From assembly GCA_016934295.1 (NCBI GenBank), contig JAFGTD010000101.1:12334-76333 (forward strand): 64,000 nt of DNA. Direction: 5' to 3'. The notes under the pieces were generated by a model. It was not told the DNA's origin, did no database searches, and saw only the letters and a program-made list of their open reading frames with translations. Position 1 is the stretch's first letter. Each line of letters begins with the position of its first letter. This DNA is from Acidobacteriota bacterium (GTDB lineage Bacteria > Acidobacteriota > UBA6911). Positions 10,431-19,820 of this stretch are shown here, piece after piece. A program made the translations under genes and the position numbers.

Positions 10431-10486
10431 TTGACATAAAGGAGGCTGGTTAGCTATTATGAAACTTTGTTCCGCATAATGGAACA
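10431..10486 (+). promoter_or_regulatory. sigma70-like promoter (TTGACA-18-TATTAT) overlapped by operator ATGAAAC-N13-ATGGAACA containing TTCCGCATAATGGAACA
   Basis: Hexamers seen directly. An almost identical -35/-10/operator arrangement recurs at 17204-17257. Confidence 0.45.
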
Positions 10487-10599
10487 AAATGGTTTCATAA
10501 TACAGCTCTTGTAAGCATTTGCCACTAGGTTTCGCCACCGCTCAGCCGGCAATGCGACGATTACTAATAAGAAATACGGGTGAAGAAGGAGAATTCTAA

Positions 10600-11676
10600 A
10601 TGAGTGGAAAAATCACGTACGAGGCGCTGACGGCCTATACCACGAAAGTCCTGGAAAAACTGGGGTATCCCAAAGCTCAGGCGGAAATAACCGCATGGGT
10701 TCTGGTGGAAGCCGATGCGCGCGGCGTACCGTCCCATGGAGTCGGACGACTTCCTTTCTATGAAACGAACATAAAGAAAAAATTTGTCTTTCCGGATGCG
10801 GAGCCTGAAATTGTCCACGAAACTCCCATTTCCCTGACAGTCGACGGCCACAACGGTATCGGCGGCCATATTTCCAAATTCGCCATGGATCGTATTATAG
10901 AAAAAGCCGGGAATTCCGGCGCCGGATTCGCCGCCGTTCGCAATTCCAGTCATTTTGGAATGGCCGCTCTCTGGGCCGAAATGGCCTCGAAGGAAGGTTT
11001 CATAGGAATGTCCTTCACCAATACCCGGATCTGCTCAATCGTGACTTTCGGACGGGAACGCATCCTTGGAACCAATCCCATCTGCTATTCGATTCCGACA
11101 ACGGGTAAAACCCCATTCACACTGGATATGGCAACGACCACAGTGGCTCACGGAAAAGTTGAGGTTCACGAGCGCAGAAATAAACCGATGCCTATCGGCT
11201 GGTGTGTCGACGAAGAAGGCAACGACACGACAGACATCCATGCGTTCCAGAAAATCTATCGTGAAAGCAATATGGGCGGACACCTCTTCCTCGGCGGCGC
11301 CGGTGAAGAACTCGGCGGGCATAAAGGTTACGGGCTTGGTTTGCTGGTAGATGTTCTCTGCTCCGGGATGTCGATGGGATCATGGTGCCGCGATACCTTC
11401 AGCCCGACCAACGGCTGCGGCGTGACACATTTCTTCGGAGCTCTTAACACCAATCTTTTCGGAGACCCCAAAGCGATCACGGCCCATGTGGAATCCATCC
11501 TTCAGCAGGTGCGTGACAGTGAAAAGGCCCCTGGTCACGACCGGATCTTCATTCATGGAGAAAAAGAGCTGGAAAAACGGGCGGAATCCCTGGCGGAAGG
11601 CGTTCATGTCGACGACGACGAGTTGAATATGCTCGCCGGTTATGCCGAAAAATTCGGGCTGGAGAAACTCCGGTAA
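10600..11676 (+). CDS. Ldh_2 family 2-hydroxyacid dehydrogenase (second copy)
   Basis: 358 aa. Same motif set as 6213-7319 (SHGVGRL, AVRNSSHFGMAALW, GTNPICYSIP). AGGAGAA RBS. Confidence 0.8.
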   Translation: MSGKITYEALTAYTTKVLEKLGYPKAQAEITAWVLVEADARGVPSHGVGRLPFYETNIKKKFVFPDAEPEIVHETPISLTVDGHNGIGGHISKFAMDRIIEKAGNSGAGFAAVRNSSHFGMAALWAEMASKEGFIGMSFTNTRICSIVTFGRERILGTNPICYSIPTTGKTPFTLDMATTTVAHGKVEVHERRNKPMPIGWCVDEEGNDTTDIHAFQKIYRESNMGGHLFLGGAGEELGGHKGYGLGLLVDVLCSGMSMGSWCRDTFSPTNGCGVTHFFGALNTNLFGDPKAITAHVESILQQVRDSEKAPGHDRIFIHGEKELEKRAESLAEGVHVDDDELNMLAGYAEKFGLEKLR

Positions 11677-11703
11677 AAACCCTCACCGCAGAAGAGCAAA
11701 AAA

Positions 11704-11760
11704 CGCAGAGGTTTTCAGAGCTTGAACGCATTACTCTGAGAACCTCTGCGTTTTTTATTT
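11704..11760 (+). terminator. rho-independent terminator
   Basis: CGCAGAGGTTTTCAGAG...CTCTGAGAACCTCTGCG stem followed by TTTTTTATTTT, immediately after the Ldh_2 stop. Confidence 0.8.
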
Positions 11761-11914
11761 TCTGGTCGACAGAAAGAATAAACACCGGTCTTCATATATT
11801 CCCTGCCTATTAGAACAATCCCGGTGATTTCAACAGAATGTGCAAGGCTCGCTAAGCGCTATCGGGATACAGCCTCGCGTGAAATTTGCCGGTCCCGAGG
11901 CTTCTCCTTTATGT

Positions 11915-14389
11915 CTACTGATTGATATGGGCTAAAATGCTTCGTCCGGGATCCAGCAGGACACTGTTCGGGCGCATCGGAAGCTGCACGGTTGTTTTTA
12001 CCGGCCCGGTCCCTACCGTTTTTATGGTTCCAAGGTACGCCAATCCTCCTTCAACCTGTGCATATAAAGGTAAATGCACCCGGAAAGATTCGCCCACATT
12101 CGACTGGGTAAGAGTCATATCAAGTTTTGTCTTCCCGTCCCCGGCATCCGATATCTGATAACTGAAATCATAGGACGGGATACGGGTTCCGTAAACCCAT
12201 TGATCGAAGAACCAGTCCATTGGTTCCCCTATGTGCTTTTCAACCGTTTTCCGGAAATCACCTGTAGAGGCGTTCTTACCTGCGTAGGTTTTCATAAAAT
12301 CCTTCATCATGGTGATAAATCGAGCATCGGGATTCTTTGTGCTTGGGTCGTACATCATCACGCGCAGCATTTCTATAACGTAGGCGCCTTTTTCATAGAT
12401 TATTCTGCTGCTTCCCCCTCTATATGTGTCCAGTTGGGTATTCATCCACAGCGGACCTGCGTCAACCGGTCTGTAGCCGAATCTGTTGTTGGAAAGAAGC
12501 CACTGTCGCTTCATCCCCCAGAATTCGTTCAGGGATCCCGGTTGGAATTGTTTCAGGTACATTGCACAGGAAAATTCTGCAAGCCCTTCGGAAAGCCATT
12601 GGTCATGATAGGTGTTCCATCCAACCAGGTGCCCCCACCACTGGTGCGCCATCTCATGAACTGCGACCGTCTGGTAGAATCCCCGTTCTTCTCCCATGTC
12701 CTGGAGTCCCAAACTGTTTCGCGTTGTCGCATCCAAAAGCGAATCATAGGGCAAAAAAATCAGGTTGGGCCAACTCTGGCCGTAACCCCTGATTGGCTGC
12801 TCCGTAACGGAGATGGTTTTGAAAGGCAGCGGCCCGTATAAAAATTCAAAAAGACTAAAAGCCTGAAAGCTTATGCCTGCAGCGTATTTTACATTTTGGG
12901 CAGTGTTAAATCCGCCGGTCATAATACCCATTTGATTGATTTCCCTGCCATACCCCGCGAGCTCGGCGACCGACAGTTCCATTTCCAGCTGCTTCAATTC
13001 GTTCGGTATTTCTTTTCCGGAATAGGCGGTAACCGTTAAGGATTGAGAGGAATTGGACGATTCAACGAAATCACCGTAGTTAAAACCGAAGACGCCCAAA
13101 GGGATTTCCGATTTCCAGATTGTTACAAGTTCCTTTTTCTTTTTTTCGGATGAAACCAGGGAGCCGCTTGCTAAAAATTTATAGTTTTTCGGTGAATGTG
13201 CTTTTAAGCGAAACATGGTCCTGTCATCGAGGAATTTAAAGCTGGGGAACCATGAAGCACGTGAAGTGACGTAATAAAGCCCTCCGCCTTCCTTGTAGAT
13301 TATCCTGCTGTCGCTGGTGGAATCTTCCTGGTAGGTGATTTTAAGCTTGCCTGTTTCCCCCGGGGTTGATGGCCCCGGTAGAATCAGCCATGGATCGCTG
13401 TCGAGGTCGCGGGCTTCCTGAATAAAACTGAGGGTATTGCCGGTGCTGTCTTCTATTGAGCTTATGCGAAGCACCCCATTGAGATTAAAGGGAAGAACCC
13501 GTACCGGTGCGTCTTTGACAACATACTCCAGGTCCACAACGGCCGAAATCTTTCTATTATTGGGGACCGACAAATCAATGTCCATGGATGAGCAGTGTAC
13601 GAGTGAGCGATTATGATCGGGTCGGGATGTCTCTGCATATTCGGAAGCAAGATGAAATCCGGACATCCACTCATAATAGTCTCCCGGATTGAGGTGAAGT
13701 AGAATGACCTCTTCACCTTTGCTGGAATCCGGAAGCAGGAGGGAGTCCCGATTCCAGCTTATGTGAAAAAGCAGATCGCCCGACTCCTTTCCTTTAAAGT
13801 CAGCCAGGAAAAATCCTTTGCTGGTGCTGTCGGTCAGATCGGCCAGCATGCGTGCGGCCAGGTTTCGCATTGTCGGGTGCCCTTTGCGTCGGTTATTTAT
13901 CCAATCATTATAGTTCTTACTGTAAAACTTCTGTTTCGACGCAATATCGGTTTTATCCTTTTCATTCCGGGATGGCTTGACCTGCAGAATCTTCTTTAAT
14001 TCCACAACCGTATCATCCGTAAAGAAAAAGACCGCTTTGCTGAAAGTATCAACAAGATCCGGCTCTCCGGTAAATCTGGCCATCTGATACTTATGGATAA
14101 ATGTAGGGGGCGTAAGTTCAAATGTACCCTCGCCTTCAAACTGTGCTGCCAGAATGCGTCCTTCTACAGGAGCGGCAAAAGTTAAATGGCCGCTTTTCAA
14201 GGTGAAGGTTGCCGCATCCCGTTTAAATACAACATTTTCCGTGAGTGCAACATCGCCGCTTCCTTGAAGTGACCGTAGTTGCTGGTAAACGGCAAGCAGT
14301 TCTTTTGAGGAAGATTCAGATAAATCCTCGGCAAAAGTACCGATACTGATACCCATAAATCCCATCAGCAGAAAGGCAATACGCTTCAT
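11915..14389 (-). CDS. secreted M1-family zinc aminopeptidase-like metalloprotease
   Basis: HEMAHQWWG...(18 aa)...E gluzincin motif. Signal peptide MKRIAFLLMGFMGISIGTFA. Start set at the internal ATG (14389) with AGGAGG RBS; the ORF track extends to 14590 without an RBS. Confidence 0.75.
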   Translation of the reverse strand: MKRIAFLLMGFMGISIGTFAEDLSESSSKELLAVYQQLRSLQGSGDVALTENVVFKRDAATFTLKSGHLTFAAPVEGRILAAQFEGEGTFELTPPTFIHKYQMARFTGEPDLVDTFSKAVFFFTDDTVVELKKILQVKPSRNEKDKTDIASKQKFYSKNYNDWINNRRKGHPTMRNLAARMLADLTDSTSKGFFLADFKGKESGDLLFHISWNRDSLLLPDSSKGEEVILLHLNPGDYYEWMSGFHLASEYAETSRPDHNRSLVHCSSMDIDLSVPNNRKISAVVDLEYVVKDAPVRVLPFNLNGVLRISSIEDSTGNTLSFIQEARDLDSDPWLILPGPSTPGETGKLKITYQEDSTSDSRIIYKEGGGLYYVTSRASWFPSFKFLDDRTMFRLKAHSPKNYKFLASGSLVSSEKKKKELVTIWKSEIPLGVFGFNYGDFVESSNSSQSLTVTAYSGKEIPNELKQLEMELSVAELAGYGREINQMGIMTGGFNTAQNVKYAAGISFQAFSLFEFLYGPLPFKTISVTEQPIRGYGQSWPNLIFLPYDSLLDATTRNSLGLQDMGEERGFYQTVAVHEMAHQWWGHLVGWNTYHDQWLSEGLAEFSCAMYLKQFQPGSLNEFWGMKRQWLLSNNRFGYRPVDAGPLWMNTQLDTYRGGSSRIIYEKGAYVIEMLRVMMYDPSTKNPDARFITMMKDFMKTYAGKNASTGDFRKTVEKHIGEPMDWFFDQWVYGTRIPSYDFSYQISDAGDGKTKLDMTLTQSNVGESFRVHLPLYAQVEGGLAYLGTIKTVGTGPVKTTVQLPMRPNSVLLDPGRSILAHINQ

Positions 14390-14659
14390 ACAACCTCCTA
14401 ATCGAACAGCATAATCATAGAATGGCGCAAATAGACTATGCGTCCCAATCGAGACAACCTGAATGTTGAAATTTAAGCTTTCTATTAATATAAACGAAAA
14501 CCGAGGGTAGTTGCCTACTAATGTCGTAAAAAATAAAATTTCTAATCTAACGCTTGTAGAAGCAGGAATGGAGCCATCGGCAGACAGCATCGGTGACTCC
14601 TACGACAAAGTTTACGAACTTGGACTGGCAGGCCTTGTCTTTTTCGGAATGAACACGAT

Positions 14660-15649
14660 TTACCAGCTCTGCATATCCAGTAGAGCTTTCATTACTCCTT
14701 CATCATGCCGTTCATACATCCGGTAGGCTTCGGCCGCCTCCCGGACCGGCATCCTGGGAGTTGCCAACGGAGACAGTTCATCTTTGTGCTTCAGATAAAG
14801 GTCCAGCGCCCGTAAAAGGTAATCCGACCAGTCCGGAGTCACCGTAGCCATGAGAAGGGCGTTCTTGCGGAAAAAAACTTCATACTCCAGCGCGTAGACC
14901 GTCTGGTCGGGCACGCCGAATGCGACTACGGTGCCGTATTTGCGCACAAGTTCCAGGCAATCGTTGATCGTGTCCATCTGATGCCCGACGGCTTCGATAC
15001 AGATATCGGGCCGGTTCCATTCTCCCGCTGAAAGACGAGCTGCCTGAACGACCTCGATGCTGCGGCTGCTGATCGTACGGGCGACGCCCAAATTGGCCGC
15101 AATACGGCAGCGTTCCCTGCAGGGATCGATTCCAACAACGGAACCGGCCCCCCTGAAGACCGCATACCAGCAGAGCAACAGTCCCATAGGCCCCAGGCCC
15201 GCGACAGCAATCGATTTTCCCCCGATGTCTCCCAGCCTGTCTATTGCATGCATCACGGTCGACAGCGGTTGTATCAGGCAGGCCGCCCCGAAATCTTCAA
15301 TCTCTTCGGGCAGAACCACCGCCTTGGATGCCCGGGCAAGAAAAATCTCGGCCAACCCTTTGTTCTCGTCCGGTATGGCCAGAACCTTGTCTCCGGGACG
15401 GAAACGATCCGATGCACTCTCTATTACTTCCCCCACGCATTCGTGAATCGGCGCCGCCGGCTCCAGCGGATAGGTCCGGCATCTTTTATTCCCTGCAAAA
15501 AACGCGATATCGCTTCCGCATAAGGCCCCCCAACAGGTCCGCACCAGGATTCCTTCCCCGTCACCGGAAGACAATTGCGGCACGGGTACCTGAATCGGTT
15601 CAAATTCCCTGGGGCGGACAACCTGGAGCGCTTTCATCATCATAGTCAC
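14660..15649 (-). CDS. zinc-dependent medium-chain alcohol/polyol dehydrogenase (MDR family)
   Basis: Catalytic Zn motif around HECVGEV. Rossmann motif GLGPMG. Confidence 0.75.
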   Translation of the reverse strand: MTMMMKALQVVRPREFEPIQVPVPQLSSGDGEGILVRTCWGALCGSDIAFFAGNKRCRTYPLEPAAPIHECVGEVIESASDRFRPGDKVLAIPDENKGLAEIFLARASKAVVLPEEIEDFGAACLIQPLSTVMHAIDRLGDIGGKSIAVAGLGPMGLLLCWYAVFRGAGSVVGIDPCRERCRIAANLGVARTISSRSIEVVQAARLSAGEWNRPDICIEAVGHQMDTINDCLELVRKYGTVVAFGVPDQTVYALEYEVFFRKNALLMATVTPDWSDYLLRALDLYLKHKDELSPLATPRMPVREAAEAYRMYERHDEGVMKALLDMQSW

Positions 15650-15762
15650 TTATCCGTTAATTGCTATTTTCCAATGAGCTAATAATCCGGATTCCATCGC
15701 TGATTTATTCATTGGCATAACAATTGAAGATTAAAGATTGAAAATTAAAAACCGGCCCGCAT

Positions 15763-17049
15763 TCATTCCTGGACAACCGGAAGCGTTAAAAGCGCATGTG
15801 GAACAATCAGAACGTCGCTTGAAAAACCGATTGCTTTGCCCGCTATCCGCAATGCTTCTTCCATGGTAGCGGCGGGAATCATTTTACAATCCGCGACCGC
15901 ATCCGGACATTCACTGCCCACAATAATCACATTCGTTTTTTCCAGGACTTTCGCGATTACAAAAGCACGCTGCTGCCCGGGCGGGTATCCGTTCTTTCGC
16001 GCGTCCTCCAGGATGCACGCAACATCCGGAGCGTCCCGCATCGCCGCATAAAACCTCTGCTCGCCCACGCCGCTCCCCACGCCCTCCCGGCAGGGAGCCG
16101 GGATGATGAAATATCCACCGGGGCGAACGACACAAGTCGGGGCAAAAAACAGATACGACGGAGCCCGGCTTGCCTGGTACAGGTTGCTGTCTTTTGGAAA
16201 GCCCACACCTCCAACTGCTATATCGAATTTGTGCGGAATTGCAACCTCGTAAACCGAACGGGCAAATGCAACCTGTTCACGGAAAGCCTCGTCCGGATCC
16301 CCTGCCGTCACCCGCAGCAGGCGTTTGTCGTCATCAAGGACGACGTTGAGAATAAACCGGAGCCCGGCAAGGCGCGCTGCTTCCGTTACCGCTTCATGAA
16401 ACGGATTGCCTTCGATACATCCCAACCGGGTACCCGGATGATCCACAAAAGCGGGCCCATGGGTATGGGCGATCAAGTCTTCGCCGGCCGCCCCAACAGC
16501 CAGCGTCTTGCGACCGCCGGAATAACCGGCATATTGATGCGGCTCTACAATTCCCGTGGCAATGACAATATCGGATTCAACAACCGTGCGATGCACGGAA
16601 ACAGGAACGCCTCTATTTGTGGTTCCCAGATCCGCCAGTGCCGCCGGATTCTGCGGTTCGTTATCAATCACCCGGTAACACGAAACAATGTCGGCCCCAA
16701 GCTTTGCAATCTTTTCTTCGTGCGTCGAAGGACGGTGCATCCCGACACCGCAGATCAGCGTAATGTCTTCATCCCGCACACCACCTGCCTGCAATTCGGC
16801 AAGCAACGGCGGAACAAGCAGATGATCGGGGCATGCGCGGGTAACATCGGTAAAAACAATACAGGCACGATTCCCTTCCCGAACAGCATGGCGCAAAGGC
16901 GGCATCCCAAGCGGATGTGCCAAGGCCTCTGCAACGGCAGCGCGCTCATCTTCTATCGGCGGTACAGGTTTCGAAACCGCCACTGTAGCCCGCATCCCGG
17001 ACGGAATTGAAAATCGAAGCGATTCTTTCCCATAGGGCACTGAATACAT
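15763..17049 (-). CDS. larA: LarA-like nickel-pincer-dependent lactate (2-hydroxyacid) racemase, DUF2088 family
   Basis: 428 aa. Resemblance to LarA including the EPHQYAGYSGGRK segment (Lys that tethers the NPN cofactor in LarA) and His-rich segments. No larBCE in the window. Confidence 0.6.
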   Translation of the reverse strand: MYSVPYGKESLRFSIPSGMRATVAVSKPVPPIEDERAAVAEALAHPLGMPPLRHAVREGNRACIVFTDVTRACPDHLLVPPLLAELQAGGVRDEDITLICGVGMHRPSTHEEKIAKLGADIVSCYRVIDNEPQNPAALADLGTTNRGVPVSVHRTVVESDIVIATGIVEPHQYAGYSGGRKTLAVGAAGEDLIAHTHGPAFVDHPGTRLGCIEGNPFHEAVTEAARLAGLRFILNVVLDDDKRLLRVTAGDPDEAFREQVAFARSVYEVAIPHKFDIAVGGVGFPKDSNLYQASRAPSYLFFAPTCVVRPGGYFIIPAPCREGVGSGVGEQRFYAAMRDAPDVACILEDARKNGYPPGQQRAFVIAKVLEKTNVIIVGSECPDAVADCKMIPAATMEEALRIAGKAIGFSSDVLIVPHALLTLPVVQE

Positions 17050-17203
17050 ACTTATAAAGATAACATTTATTTACAATGAGTTATAAGCTTATAACAATTT
17101 CACATTGCGAAAGCTTGTTCCGTAGGGCAGAATAAATTCCTATAGACAACTTTGTCAATTTTCAACTATTCCTTAGGATCATATTTCCGATATGCGAAAT
17201 TGA

Positions 17204-17257
17204 TTGACATAGAGTGGAATTTAACTTAATATGGAACGCGATTCCGCATAATGGAAC
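17204..17257 (+). promoter_or_regulatory. sigma70-like promoter (TTGACA-16-TAATAT) overlapped by operator ATGGAAC-N13-ATGGAACA containing TTCCGCATAATGGAACA
   Basis: Same architecture and 17-nt identical core as 10431-10486. Lies upstream of the cupin operon. Confidence 0.45.
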
Positions 17258-17269
17258 AGACTGGAGGAT

Positions 17270-17638
17270 TTGTATATGAGCAAACCGCCTTTTGTAAGGG
17301 CTGCTGATGTGGAAGGCGAATTTCGGAACCCGCCGCGCACTTCTAAGCTTCTTTTGGCTCCCAAATTCGGCGGAGTCAAAAATGTATCGATGGGAATGAA
17401 TATTACAGAGGTCGGAAGCCAGATTCCCGACCATACCCACACAGAATCCGAAGAGGTACTTTTCCTGATCAGCGGGAAGGCACGGATCGTTATGGAAGGT
17501 TCAGAACCCTATGAAATCGGTCCTGAGACCGCTTTCTACTCACCGCTTGGTGTAAAGCACAGGGTTGAGAATATTGGCGACGAACCCTTAAGAATCGTCT
17601 GGTGCTATTGCCCGCCACTACCGCAACACTGTGAATAA
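17270..17638 (+). CDS. cupin-domain protein
   Basis: 122 aa. Two-His cupin motif region (IPDHTHTESEEVLFLISG ... GVKHRVEN). GGAGGA RBS. Confidence 0.6.
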   Translation: MYMSKPPFVRAADVEGEFRNPPRTSKLLLAPKFGGVKNVSMGMNITEVGSQIPDHTHTESEEVLFLISGKARIVMEGSEPYEIGPETAFYSPLGVKHRVENIGDEPLRIVWCYCPPLPQHCE

Positions 17639-17668
17639 ACTACTTTTTTTCTCAAGGAGAATGCAGTC

Positions 17669-18592
17669 ATGATTTTTGAAGAAACCCGTAAAGCATTGAA
17701 GAGACTGGGACTTCCTGAAGGCGACGCTTTCGATCTTCCGTCTTCAGACAAAAGATTCCCTGACGGAGCGCACTTCCGCATTGAATGCCCGACCGTCAAT
17801 TCCGCTGTTGCTATTGAAGCCCTTCTGAACAGATCGCTGGAGATGGGCATCACGATCAACCGTATCACGGAAACTTTCGGTATGTTCCGCCATACGAGAG
17901 AGGAAATCAAAGAAATGTGCAAGCTCTGCCACGACTACGGCTGTGAGCTGCTGCTTTCCACCGGCCCCCGCGCCACCTATGATACCGGCGCCACCGTTCT
18001 GTCCGAACAGGGCGTACGCGTCAGCTATCGTCTTCGCGGCCAGGAACAGCTGATTCGTGCGATCGAAGACATCAAACGCGGCTATGAACTCGGCTGCCGC
18101 GGCTTTCTGATTTATGACGAAGGCATGCTCTGGGTCGTCAATGAAATGCGTAAAAACGGCGATCTTCCCAAGGAAATCATTTTCAAGACCTCGGCCCACC
18201 TCGGCCACTGCAACCCGGCATCCGTAAAGCTCCTGAAAGACCTGGGCGCCGACAGCATCAATCCGATCCGCGATCTGCAGATCCCGATGCATGCCGCCAT
18301 CCGCCAGGCAGCCGGCGACACGCCGCTGGATATTCACACAGACAACCCTCCGGGATCCGGCGGATTCATCCGTACGTACGAAGCGCCCGAAATCGTCCGC
18401 GTAGCGGCTCCTCTGCATTGCAAGACCGGGAACTCCGTTATCGGCGGCCATGGTCAAATGACCGGTGCGACCGAAGGAAAGAGAATGGCGGAACAGGCTG
18501 CCATCATCGTCGAGATGATTAACCGGTACTATCCGGACTTCAAGCAGTCCGGAAAGAACGTAGCAGACATGCGCATTCCCGTCGTCGTTTAA
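17669..18592 (+). CDS. conserved hypothetical protein, function unknown
   Basis: 307-aa ORF with GGAGAA RBS, co-oriented and tightly spaced with the cupin and creatininase-family genes. No family recognised from sequence. Confidence 0.5.
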   Translation: MIFEETRKALKRLGLPEGDAFDLPSSDKRFPDGAHFRIECPTVNSAVAIEALLNRSLEMGITINRITETFGMFRHTREEIKEMCKLCHDYGCELLLSTGPRATYDTGATVLSEQGVRVSYRLRGQEQLIRAIEDIKRGYELGCRGFLIYDEGMLWVVNEMRKNGDLPKEIIFKTSAHLGHCNPASVKLLKDLGADSINPIRDLQIPMHAAIRQAAGDTPLDIHTDNPPGSGGFIRTYEAPEIVRVAAPLHCKTGNSVIGGHGQMTGATEGKRMAEQAAIIVEMINRYYPDFKQSGKNVADMRIPVVV

Positions 18593-18641
18593 GTTCTGAC
18601 CGTAATCTGTGGGCTTCACGCCCGCAAGTAAAGGAGGAATC

Positions 18642-19625
18642 ATGGGTAGTAAATGGGGAGATTGGGGAGAATGGGAACTGCCTCCGAAAGGCGGACTCAT
18701 GGAAACCCCGGGAGTCTATCTCCAGACCATGAATATGACGCAGATCAATGAACGTCTCAAGACAAACGATCTGATCATTATTCCGGTTGGAAGTACCGAA
18801 TGTCACGGGGCGTCTCAACCAATCGGCGAAGACACCTTCCTTGTCACGCGTATGGCCGAGCAGGTCGCCGCGAAGATGGGGTGCACGATCGCGATGCCGG
18901 TGTGGTACGGATCTCATCCGTTCAACCATCTGGGTATGCCGGGCACGGTTGTCGTTCCTGAAGACGCATTCCTGGCGAACCTGCGGGCCATCATCGCCGG
19001 CCTGTGGAACATGGGCTTCAGAAAGCAGATCTTTCTGAACGGCCACGGGCAGGAAGAAGTCATTCCGCTCGCACTCCACCAGTGGGCGAAAAAGTATCAG
19101 GTGCCCTCGGTCCTGATTTCGCTGCACTGGGAGACGGTCATTCATGATCATCTGAGGACCAAGGAGTACGGAGGCCCCTTCGAGACGCAGTTCTCGCATG
19201 CGGACGAAGCGGAAGCGTCTTATTCTCTTGCGCTCTTCCCCGAGTTCTGTGACATGAAACTGGCTGTGGACAACAAACCCTCCGGATTCATTCCCAAGGG
19301 TCACGTGGACGGTGGGGGTGAAGTTTATCACAGACCCATCAGAGGACACGAGCATATCGGCCTGAGCGGTTCGGAAATCAACGTCTATCCGGAAGGAGTC
19401 ATCGGAAGTCCGACACTTGCCAGTGCGGACAAGGCTTTTGCCGGTCTCAATGAGCTTCTCGATTACATGTGCAAGCTCATCAACGACATCATGACCGCCT
19501 TCCCGGCCGGAGAGCTGCCGCCAGCGGATAAAGTCACGCAGCGCGATCCCAAGGAAATTGAGGATCTGCTGAAGGGCCCGCTGAAGGGTGGAAAACATAT
19601 TTATACCCTTTCATATCCACCCTAA
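18642..19625 (+). CDS. creatininase-family amidohydrolase (creatinine amidohydrolase / ArfB / MftE-like)
   Basis: IIIPVGSTECHG motif, the family signature (LxxPxGxxEQHG), plus downstream His/Glu metal ligands. Start at ATG 18642 behind AAGGAGGAAT; the ORF-track GTG start at 18609 is less likely. Confidence 0.7.
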   Translation: MGSKWGDWGEWELPPKGGLMETPGVYLQTMNMTQINERLKTNDLIIIPVGSTECHGASQPIGEDTFLVTRMAEQVAAKMGCTIAMPVWYGSHPFNHLGMPGTVVVPEDAFLANLRAIIAGLWNMGFRKQIFLNGHGQEEVIPLALHQWAKKYQVPSVLISLHWETVIHDHLRTKEYGGPFETQFSHADEAEASYSLALFPEFCDMKLAVDNKPSGFIPKGHVDGGGEVYHRPIRGHEHIGLSGSEINVYPEGVIGSPTLASADKAFAGLNELLDYMCKLINDIMTAFPAGELPPADKVTQRDPKEIEDLLKGPLKGGKHIYTLSYPP

Positions 19626-19686
19626 ACAGCTGTGGTGCCTGACCGGCGGTTTCCGCAGGCGCCACAATGTATTTTACTGAACACCC

Positions 19687-19764
19687 GGAACACGCCGTTG
19701 GGAGGTTTATGCTGCATTCCTTGCGGCGTGTTCCTTACGCCGGCCCGCAAAAGCCGGCTTTTGT
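19687..19764 (+). terminator. tandem stem-loops after the operon (GGAACACGCCG...CGGCGTGTTCC; GCCGGC-N8-GCCGGC-TTTTGT)
   Basis: Perfect 11-bp inverted repeat, then a second GC hairpin followed by a T-tract. Confidence 0.6.
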
Positions 19765-19820
19765 ACATATCCCGCGCAAACGGGTCCTAATAAGAAGCAT
19801 TTCACATAAGGAGGTTCGCT

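Noticed and set aside
10089-10434. Small plus-strand ORFs (73 and 78 aa) in the 590-bp divergent intergenic region
   Set aside because: They sit in a very AT-rich, homopolymer-containing promoter region. The sequences are Phe/Ile-rich low complexity with no RBS. This is more likely curved promoter DNA than genes.
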